Below, in pieces: positions 1 through 6,001 of a DNA stretch of 11,303 nucleotides; positions within the stretch are counted from its first letter, which is position 1; each line of letters starts with the position of its first letter. This DNA comes from Verrucomicrobiota bacterium. Lineage in GTDB: Bacteria; Verrucomicrobiota; Verrucomicrobiia; Limisphaerales; CANJXF01. The stretch covers positions 1-11,303 of the forward strand of contig JBBQRQ010000130.1 of assembly GCA_038214755.1 (NCBI GenBank), in the 5' to 3' direction. The notes below the pieces were generated by a model. That model did no database searches, was not told where the DNA came from, and saw only the letters and a program-made list of their open reading frames with translations. The position numbers were made by a program, and so were the translations under genes.

Positions 1-70
1 CGCCGGAAGTTTCCAGAACAAACGGATGAAAACCATTGGATAAGCGTTCGCGGATGCGATCAAGATTCAT
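1..70 (-). CDS. Small hypothetical protein, N-terminus only (runs off the left edge)
   Basis: Hand translation from ATG at 70 gives MNLDRIRERLSNGFHPFVLETSG..., open to the edge. It resembles from memory small PVC-group hypothetical proteins (unverified). Upstream is TTGATT-N16-CAACCT-N7-ATG. Confidence 0.55.
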   Translation of the reverse strand, partial: MNLDRIRERLSNGFHPFVLETSG

Positions 71-155
71 GGGATGCAGGTTGCCCAATTTTGTCTGGCA
101 ATCAAGTGGATTACCCGACGAATAAACGCATTCAGGTCTTCTTTGAAATTTTTCT

Positions 156-279
156 TCATCGCGCCGCGACGCCCAGCACCATCACCTTTCCATCGGTCGA
201 AAATTCAACGTCGAAAAGGTCCCCCCGGTTTGGCAGCCGGGAGCACGACTCTCTTTTGCTCATCGCACATCACTGTCAT
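156..279 (-). pseudogene. Frameshifted AbrB/MazE/SpoVT-like small DNA-binding (antitoxin-like) gene
   Basis: ATG at 279 reads MTVMCDEQKRVVLPAAKPG, then stops at 205-207. Removing one G from the G6 run (C6 at 221-226 on +) continues DLFDVEFSTDGKVMVLGVAAR* (stop 156-158). The joined D..KRVVLP...PGD.FDV....GKV pattern fits the AbrB swapped-hairpin fold. Confidence 0.5.
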
Positions 280-313
280 GTGGGGACAATCCCCACCCCG
301 CCGACCTTTTCAA
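280..313 (-). promoter_or_regulatory. Putative sigma70 promoter with an overlapping palindromic operator
   Basis: TTGAAA(313-308)-N16-GATTGT(291-286)-N6-ATG(279). The inverted repeat GTGGGGA-caa-TCCCCAC (280-296) covers the -10. Confidence 0.4.
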
Positions 314-368
314 ACTTAACTCCATGGCAACTTGGACGCTCCACAGCCTGAGGTTCGCATCTTTTAGG

Positions 369-515
369 ACCGGTTAGCATCGCCTCAAGCGAGTGCGAAG
401 ACGCCTCATTCGATGTTAAATGTTAGATGTTCACTGTTCGATCAATTTTAAACATTCAACATCGAACATCGAATTGTTTTCCAGCCGCACCCGCCGGAGG
501 CCGATGCTACCCGGT
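369..515. repeat. REP-like inverted doublet, family A (GTAGCATC.GCCTCCGGCGGGTGCG) enclosing inverted heptamer arrays
   Basis: Arms are accggttagcatcgcctcaagcgagtgcg (369-397) and cgcacccgccggaggccgatgctacccggt (486-515). Inside are tcgatgt/taaatgt/tagatgt/tcactgt and aacattc/aacatcg/aacatcg. A second copy lies at 3057-3144. Confidence 0.75.
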
Positions 516-544
516 GGTGGCGCGAATCTTCTTCGCGGCATTTT

Positions 545-1807
545 TCAAAGTTCTAAAATTCGTTTCAGCGCAGAACTTTTTTTCAGTGGGCTGATCAGCG
601 CCAGATTCAATCTCTCCGGTCGGAAAAGTTCTCGCGCGATGGCTCGGACTTCACTGACGCGCACGTCGCTTAATCGCTGTTTGACTTCGTCCGGCAACCA
701 GATTTTTCCGTAGCCCAAGAAATGTTCGCCGATCCACATCATTTGCGCCTCGGTGCTTTCGAGATGCATGTCGAGCTGGCCGATGACGTAATCGCGCGCG
801 CGGCGAAGTTCCCCCGGCGAAATTATTTTTTCCGCCAGATTTTTCAACTCCACCGAAATTAATTTCAACGCCTTTTCAACTTTGTCGGTTTCAAGCCCGG
901 CGGAAATGACCAGATCGCCCGTGTCATCGAAATAACTCGCCGCACTATAAATCGAGTAGGCCAGCCCGTGCTTTTCGCGAACGGTTTGGAACAAGCGCGA
1001 GCTCATGTTCTCGCCGAGAATCGTGTTCAACAAACGCAGCGAAAATCGGCGCTCGTCATGCCGCGAACAACCGCGAATGCCGAGGGCGATCTGGGTTTGC
1101 TCCGTGTTTTTCGTCAAGAGGCGGGCGCGCGGTTCGGTCTGCCGGTTGGTCGCGGGAAGGAAGGTCGCGCGTTTGCCGACACGAAAATGCTTGGCCAGTT
1201 TTTTCACCGCTTCGACCACTTGTTTGTGCTGAAGTTTTCCGGCGGCGGTAATCAATGTGGCAGAGGCGACGTAATTTTGTTTTTGATAATCCAGAATTTT
1301 CTGGCGTGTTGTGGCGTCAAGAGTCTGTTCGGTGCCGGCGAGCGAGCGGCCCAACGGTTGATCGGGCCAGAGCGTTTCGTTGAGCAATTCCTGGACGTAT
1401 TGCTGCGGTTGATCGCGATACATCGCGATCTCTTCTTTGATGACGTTGCGTTCGCGATCAATCTCAACCGGAGCGAGAGTCGAATGGAGAAACATGTCGC
1501 CGAGAACATCAAGTAATTCATCGAAACGGTCGTGGCGCGCTTTGGAATAGAAGCAGCTGTTTTCTTCGGAGGTGAACGCGTTCAAATAACCGCCGATTCC
1601 TTCCACGTCCTGAGAAATTCTTTCGGCGGACCGTTTCTTGGTTCCTTTGAAAAGCAGATGCTCGATGAAATGGGAAACTCCGCTGATGTCGGCGGGTTCG
1701 TGACGCCCGCCCACGCCGACCCAAATTCCCAAACTCACGCTCGACATGTGCGGCATTTCCGTCGTGGCAATGGTCAATCCATTTGGCAGGCGCGTGATTT
1801 GATACAT
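545..1807 (-). CDS. M16 (pitrilysin/insulinase family) zinc-dependent peptidase
   Basis: 420 aa. Inverted zinc motif HFIEH in G.SHFIEHLLFKGT, plus LNAFTS, ERNVIKEEI and C-terminal SSRLFQTVREKHGLAYSI, all typical of M16B peptidases. Confidence 0.95.
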   Translation of the reverse strand: MYQITRLPNGLTIATTEMPHMSSVSLGIWVGVGGRHEPADISGVSHFIEHLLFKGTKKRSAERISQDVEGIGGYLNAFTSEENSCFYSKARHDRFDELLDVLGDMFLHSTLAPVEIDRERNVIKEEIAMYRDQPQQYVQELLNETLWPDQPLGRSLAGTEQTLDATTRQKILDYQKQNYVASATLITAAGKLQHKQVVEAVKKLAKHFRVGKRATFLPATNRQTEPRARLLTKNTEQTQIALGIRGCSRHDERRFSLRLLNTILGENMSSRLFQTVREKHGLAYSIYSAASYFDDTGDLVISAGLETDKVEKALKLISVELKNLAEKIISPGELRRARDYVIGQLDMHLESTEAQMMWIGEHFLGYGKIWLPDEVKQRLSDVRVSEVRAIARELFRPERLNLALISPLKKSSALKRILEL

Positions 1808-1818
1808 CGAATTTATTT

Positions 1819-1848
1819 AACCACGGATGAACACCGATGGACACGGAT
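1819..1848. repeat. Short 10-mer tandem repeat (CACGGATGAA-like)
   Basis: aac-cacggatgaa-caccgatgga-cacggat, just upstream of the peptidase start. Confidence 0.65.
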
Positions 1849-1871
1849 TTAACAAAAGCTCCGAGAGCGTT

Positions 1872-1945
1872 GTAGCCGCCGACGTGAGGAGGCGGATTTC
1901 GTCGCAATTCTGAAATCCAATCCGCCTCCGCACATCGGCGGCTAC
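1872..1945. repeat. GTAG-type REP doublet, family B (GTAGCCGCCGACGTGAGGAGGCGGA)
   Basis: gtagccgccgacgtgaggaggcgga (1872-1896) and tccgcctccgcacatcggcggctac (1921-1945) are near-perfect inverted arms. A second copy lies at 2220-2293. Confidence 0.85.
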
Positions 1946-1984
1946 GGTTCTCAGTGGTAATTATTCAGTAGAGAAGGTTGCTCG

Positions 1985-2173
1985 CCCTCACCCTAACCCT
2001 CTCCCCCGAGGAGAGGGAACCGCCATGGACAGATCTTGAAAATTATCATGCGCGTTGTGCCATTCCTGCATTCTGGTCATTCGCAAAAAAAGCTGATAAT
2101 AACCGGCCGCACCAAATTTACAAAAACGCGCAAACGATTCTCCCTCTCCTCGGAGGAGAGGGCCGGGGTGAGG
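1985..2173. repeat. REP doublet, family C (CCCTCACCCYRRCCCTCTCCC...GGAGAGGG)
   Basis: ccctcaccctaaccctctcccccgaggagaggga (1985-2018) and the inverted tccctctcctcggaggagagggccggggtgagg (2141-2173) flank an AT-richer spacer. Same family as 11023-11290. Confidence 0.85.
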
Positions 2174-2219
2174 TCGAGCGTTTCTCTTTTACTGATTGAG
2201 TGGCGCTTGGTCGAGCGAG

Positions 2220-2293
2220 GCAACCGCCGACGCGAGGAGGCGGACTGAATTCCGAATTGCGACCAAGCTCCGCCTCCTCACGTCGGCGGCTAC
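2220..2293. repeat. GTAG-type REP doublet, family B, second copy (inverted relative to 1872-1945)
   Basis: gcaaccgccgacgcgaggaggcgga (2220-2244) and tccgcctcctcacgtcggcggctac (2269-2293). The spacer contains gaattgcgac, the reverse complement of gtcgcaattc in copy 1. Confidence 0.85.
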
Positions 2294-2297
2294 GGAA

Positions 2298-2981
2298 TCA
2301 CGCGAGCGTTTTCGGAGTAACTGCCGGCGGGCCAACCCGTTGTTTATATTCCAAAATAATATTCGCCGCGGCTTGCGGATCATCCGTCACCGTGAACAAA
2401 TCCATGTCGCCCACGCTGATGAAATTATTTTTTTCCAACATGTTTTTTGTCCAGTCCAGCAGTCCCCGCCAGTAATCGCTCCCGATCAGAATCAGAGGGA
2501 ATTTTGGGATGCGCCCCGTCTGCACGAGGGTGAGCACTTCAAAAAACTCGTCCAGCGTCCCGTAGCCACCGGGCATGAAGATGAAGGCGATGGAATATTT
2601 GACGAAGCAAACTTTGCGCGAAAAAAAATAATGAAATTGCAGCGGGATGTTGGCGAATTTATTTCCAGCTTGTTCAAAAGGCAGTTCGATATTGAGTCCG
2701 ACGGATTTTCCTTTCGCTTCGCTTGCGCCGCGATTGGCCGCCTCCATAATTCCCGGCCCGCCACCGGTGATGACCGCGAGATTTTCTTTCGCCAGAATTT
2801 TCGCGATGTCCACCGCGCTTTGATAATACGGATTGTCCGGCGTCGTCCGCGCCGAGCCAAAAATGGTCACAGCCGAGCCGACTTGGGAAAGAGTTTCAAA
2901 CGATTCAACGAACTCCGCCATGATCCGAAAAATCCGCCACGGATCTTCCCGCGTAAACGGAGGCGTGGTCTGAAGGTTCAT
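2298..2981 (-). CDS. LOG family (TIGR00730) Rossmann-fold protein, nucleotide phosphoribohydrolase-like
   Basis: 227 aa with TIFGSART, ITGGGPGIMEAANRGA, GLNIELPFEQ, YFFSRK and the LOG signature PGGYGTLDE. Confidence 0.95.
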   Translation of the reverse strand: MNLQTTPPFTREDPWRIFRIMAEFVESFETLSQVGSAVTIFGSARTTPDNPYYQSAVDIAKILAKENLAVITGGGPGIMEAANRGASEAKGKSVGLNIELPFEQAGNKFANIPLQFHYFFSRKVCFVKYSIAFIFMPGGYGTLDEFFEVLTLVQTGRIPKFPLILIGSDYWRGLLDWTKNMLEKNNFISVGDMDLFTVTDDPQAAANIILEYKQRVGPPAVTPKTLA

Positions 2982-2987
2982 GGAGCG

Positions 2988-3015
2988 AGAATAAAAAGAA
3001 AAACCCGAATGTCGA
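2988..3015 (-). promoter_or_regulatory. Putative sigma70 promoter for the LOG gene (leaderless geometry)
   Basis: TCGACA(3015-3010)-N16-TATTCT(2993-2988)-N6-ATG(2981), with no Shine-Dalgarno upstream. Confidence 0.5.
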
Positions 3016-3056
3016 ACGGGGAATTAAAGTGTCTAAGGCCGACGTGTTTTATTGAG

Positions 3057-3144
3057 GGGTATCATGCCTCCGGCGGGTGCGAAGAGAGTTTCGCCATTCG
3101 ATGTCCGATGTTGGCTTCGCCCCCGCCGGAGGCAGATGCTACCC
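3057..3144. repeat. REP-like inverted doublet, family A, second copy
   Basis: gggtatcatgcctccggcgggtgcgaag (3057-3084) and cttcgcccccgccggaggcagatgctaccc (3115-3144). The internal cattcgatgt is shared with the 369-515 copy. It lies just 3' of the FMN reductase stop. Confidence 0.8.
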
Positions 3145-3154
3145 GCCGCCACTT

Positions 3155-3748
3155 TTATTCTCTGTGTCGCGCCAGAAACCCCGCCTCCGTTCCTGCAAGA
3201 TCGGCGCGGCGTTGATGCGCCAAAAGCTTTCCGTAAACCACGACATCCCGCGCGAACATCTCAAGGCGTTTCTCCAATTGCGGGTTAACAATTTTTCCAT
3301 TTTCCAAATCAACGTCCTCCGAAAAAGAAACACCATACGGCAAAGTCCACGCGTAACATTGCCGGGCGACGGTGCGGATTTGATCAGTCACGGTGAGTCC
3401 TTTTTCGTGCGAGGCGACGAGGGTCGCAAAAAGTTTTCCAGCAAACTCGCGCCAGAAATGGTCGAGAAAACTTTTCATCGCGCCGCTCATTGAGCCGTGA
3501 TAATCGGGCGTGCCGAGAAGCAAAACGTCCGCGTCATCGACTCGTTTTTTGAGAGGTGGATAGGCGGGCGCGTCGTGCGAAATATCCGGATTGTAGAGCG
3601 GCAAGGGTTCGCGCTCGAAATCCACCACATCAACCACGCATCCCGCCGTTTCCAATTTTTTCGCGACATGACAAATCATTTTGCGCGTGACGGATTCACG
3701 TTGCAGGCTGCCGATGACGGCGAGGACGCGCAGTGAGGATTCACTCAT
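3155..3748 (-). CDS. NAD(P)H-dependent FMN reductase (flavodoxin-like SsuE/ChrR family)
   Basis: 197 aa with the FMN phosphate loop VIGSLQRES and GTPDYHGSMSGAMKSFLD. Confidence 0.92.
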   Translation of the reverse strand: MSESSLRVLAVIGSLQRESVTRKMICHVAKKLETAGCVVDVVDFEREPLPLYNPDISHDAPAYPPLKKRVDDADVLLLGTPDYHGSMSGAMKSFLDHFWREFAGKLFATLVASHEKGLTVTDQIRTVARQCYAWTLPYGVSFSEDVDLENGKIVNPQLEKRLEMFARDVVVYGKLLAHQRRADLAGTEAGFLARHRE

Positions 3749-3754
3749 TGGAAA

Positions 3755-3783
3755 ATAATTTGCCGGTTATGAACCGATGTCAA
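3755..3783 (-). promoter_or_regulatory. Putative sigma70 promoter for the FMN reductase with a palindrome in the spacer
   Basis: Perfect TTGACA(3783-3778)-N17-AATTAT(3760-3755)-N6-ATG(3748). The inverted repeat CGGTT-N3-AACCG lies at 3764-3776. Confidence 0.55.
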
Positions 3784-3823
3784 CGCGGCGGTAGGCGCAG
3801 GCGGTGAGGCAAGCGGCGATGAC

Positions 3824-3975
3824 GTAGCGCAGGATTGTATCCTGCTGTATCGCCGGTTTGAAACCGGCTGAACGTCGCAACCAGAGAAAGTCTGTAGTTT
3901 TTCGAAAGTCTCTGGGCCTGGCGGTTCTTCGCAGGTTGAAAACCTGCGATACGGCAGGATGCAATCCTGCGCTAC
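3824..3975. repeat. GTAG-type REP doublet, family D (double-hairpin arms), intergenic copy
   Basis: gtagcgcaggattgtatcctgctgtatcgccggtttgaaaccggc (3824-3868) and gcaggttgaaaacctgcgatacggcaggatgcaatcctgcgctac (3931-3975). Homologous to 7328-7462. Confidence 0.9.
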
Positions 3976-3997
3976 TTTGGGACGCTCGCCCTCGCCG

Positions 3998-5098
3998 CTA
4001 TTTCATCAAGTGGAACATTTCCAAAAGCCGGACCAGCCCGTAGGAAATCGACCCGCAAATCGGAATCGTCAAAATCCAGGTCCAAATCATTTTCTCAATC
4101 ACGGACAAATTCAGCGCGCCAAAACGTTTGGCCGCGCCGACTCCCATGATCGAGGCGGAAATGTTGTGAGTGGTGGAAACAGGAATTCCCAAATGGGTCG
4201 CCAGAAAAATAACCACGGCGGAACTCGTCTCAGCGGCGAAACCGTTGATCGGTTGCAGCTTCACCATTTTGTGGCCGAGCGTTCGGATGATGCGCCATCC
4301 GCCCGCCGCAGTTCCCGCGCACATCACGACGGCGCAAGTGATTTTGATCCACAGGGCGATATCCAAATCTTTTCCTTTGGCCGGTTCGGGCGTGTGCAGA
4401 AACGAGAGCCAAGCCGGCAAATGTTCGAACGCGCCCGTTTTCGTTGCGGTCAACAAAGCGAGCGCGATGATGCCCATGGTTTTTTGCGCGTCGTTCGTGC
4501 CATGCATAAAACCCATTCCCGCGGCGCTGAAAATTTGCAGCTTTCCGAAAACATGATTGATCGTCAGAGGTCGAAGCCGTTGCAAGCCGATGTATAAAAT
4601 TGCCATGATGATAAAGCCGAGAACAAATCCGAGGAACGGCGACGTGACCATCGGCACGATCACTTTCCATAAAAGTCCTTTGCCTTTGAACCAGTGTTGC
4701 GCATCGGGCTGTGACCAGATAATCACGCGCCAATTATTTTTCGCCGCAGCGAACGCGGCTCCGCACAAGCCGCCGATTAGCGCGTGGCTGGAACTGGACG
4801 GCAAACCAACCCACCACGTCAAAAGATTCCAAACGATGGCGCCGAGCAGCGCGCAGATTAACGCTTCGCTGGTCAGTGAAAAAATTTTCGTATCGACGAG
4901 GCCGGAGGAAATTGTTTTCGCCACCGCCGTGCCCCACATCGCGCCGACCAGATTCGTGACCGCCGCCAAACCGATCGCCATGCGCGGAGTCAAAACTTTT
5001 GTGGACACCACTGTCGCGATGGAATTCGCCGTGTCGTGGAAGCCGTTGATGTACTCAAAGGCCAGCGCGACCAGGACCACAATGAAAATCAGCGTCAT
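3998..5098 (-). CDS. pit: Inorganic phosphate transporter, PiT family
   Basis: 366 aa and hydrophobic, with PiT signatures INGFHDTANSIATVV, GLPSSSSHALIGG, HGTNDAQKTMG and PVSTTH. Directly downstream of a DUF47 gene. Confidence 0.96.
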   Translation of the reverse strand: MTLIFIVVLVALAFEYINGFHDTANSIATVVSTKVLTPRMAIGLAAVTNLVGAMWGTAVAKTISSGLVDTKIFSLTSEALICALLGAIVWNLLTWWVGLPSSSSHALIGGLCGAAFAAAKNNWRVIIWSQPDAQHWFKGKGLLWKVIVPMVTSPFLGFVLGFIIMAILYIGLQRLRPLTINHVFGKLQIFSAAGMGFMHGTNDAQKTMGIIALALLTATKTGAFEHLPAWLSFLHTPEPAKGKDLDIALWIKITCAVVMCAGTAAGGWRIIRTLGHKMVKLQPINGFAAETSSAVVIFLATHLGIPVSTTHNISASIMGVGAAKRFGALNLSVIEKMIWTWILTIPICGSISYGLVRLLEMFHLMK

Positions 5099-5104
5099 GC
5101 CGGG

Positions 5105-5734
5105 TCAGGAATTTTTGAGCACGATGTGATTGATGACGTTGCCGGCGTCTCGACAGCGGTCGGTGACCTTTTCCATCAGGTCGTAAAATTCTTTGAGAAA
5201 AATTGCCTTCAGCGGCTCGTGCTTGCCGGAATATAAATCGCGCAACAAATCCAAAACCAATTCGTCCGCCTCACTTTCGATGGCTTGAAGTTGATCGTTG
5301 TGCGCGCGAATTTTTTCGGGATTCACTCCGCGCCTCAATTCCCGGATCATCAACAAAAGGGTGTCGGTGGATTTTTCCATCATCGCCAGTTGCCGGGAGA
5401 TTTCCACTCCGCGCAAAAATTGGGGCGCAATGACAATCCGTTCGCCCACTTTTTCGACCGTCTTCGGAATTCGATAAAGCGCGAAGGAAAGCGCTTCGAT
5501 GTCCTCCCGCTCCAGCGCGGTCACGAACGTGGTGGCCACGGCTTCGCTGATTTGATCGGCGATCCGTTTTTCTTTTTGCCGCGAGACGACAAACTCATTC
5601 AAGGTGCGCGCTTCCGCCGCGCTTTGCACCAGCTTGAGCAACGCCTGCACACTGGCCCGGCCTTCCTCGGCGCTGGCTTCCAACAAATCAAAAAATTTAT
5701 CTTCTTGGCCGAGTAGTTTTTGGAGGGAAAACAT
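5105..5734 (-). CDS. DUF47 family (PhoU-like) phosphate transport regulator
   Basis: 209 aa, helical, with FFDLLE, TFVTALEREDI, IESEAD, EKVTDRCRDAGNVI and a C-terminal VLKNS. Its stop lies 6 bp before the pit start, the canonical DUF47-PiT pair. Confidence 0.93.
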   Translation of the reverse strand: MFSLQKLLGQEDKFFDLLEASAEEGRASVQALLKLVQSAAEARTLNEFVVSRQKEKRIADQISEAVATTFVTALEREDIEALSFALYRIPKTVEKVGERIVIAPQFLRGVEISRQLAMMEKSTDTLLLMIRELRRGVNPEKIRAHNDQLQAIESEADELVLDLLRDLYSGKHEPLKAIFLKEFYDLMEKVTDRCRDAGNVINHIVLKNS

Positions 5735-5764
5735 AACAATTTATTTTGTGGCCCGATTCGCGAA

Positions 5765-5792
5765 ACCTTAGGCGAGCTATTTGGCGACACAA
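5765..5792 (-). promoter_or_regulatory. Possible sigma70 promoter for DUF47-pit
   Basis: TTGTGT(5792-5787)-N16-TAAGGT(5770-5765), 30 nt upstream of the ATG at 5734. Confidence 0.3.
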
Positions 5793-5818
5793 GTCAAAAG
5801 CCAACGAGGGCGTCCAAC

Positions 5819-5990
5819 AAATCCCGAATTCCAAAATCCGAGATCCGAAAGAAATCCGAAGCGCGAAGGCTGAAAGTGGTGCGGAGCTGGGCTGGCCGCA
5901 AAGTGCTTTTCGGGGCGCTGACCGGCAGTCGTTTTCGGCGTTCGGATTTCGGCCTTCTTTCGGATTTCGGGGATTCGGATTTCGGATTTC
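5819..5990. repeat. Inverted pair of heptamer tandem arrays (AATCCGA / TTCGGAT)
   Basis: aaatcccgaattccaaaatccgagatccgaaagaaatccgaa (5819-5860) and ttcggatttcggccttctttcggatttcggggattcggatttcggatttc (5941-5990) are complementary arrays in the tolC-DUF47 gap. Confidence 0.8.
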
Positions 5991-6001
5991 CGCCCAATGT
6001 C

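Noticed and set aside
213..311. Multi-hairpin ncRNA, tRNA or riboswitch closed by GAAAAGGTC/GACCTTTTC
   Set aside because: No tRNA T-loop/CCA or tmRNA, RNase P, SRP or riboswitch consensus was recognised. The AbrB-like gene and its promoter explain the region better. An Rfam scan would settle it.
170..490. Group II intron 5' end (GTGCG at 490-486 on the minus strand) after a hairpin
   Set aside because: The GTGCG is part of the family A repeat arm and recurs at 393-397 and 3077-3081. No domain V or reverse transcriptase is visible.
74..713. Plus-strand ORFs 74-319, 91-351 and 420-713
   Set aside because: No recognisable motifs. They are antisense to better-supported minus-strand genes or run through repeats.
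1978..2383. Short ORFs across the repeat mosaic (1978-2199, 2036-2248, 2189-2383)
   Set aside because: They are translations of REP arms (LTLTLSP, VAADVRRR) with no independent evidence of coding.
3767..4043. ORFs 3767-3964 and 3858-4043 resembling the TolC N-terminus (FKPAIQQ...LRYV)
   Set aside because: The similarity comes from the shared family D repeat, not from a paralogous gene.
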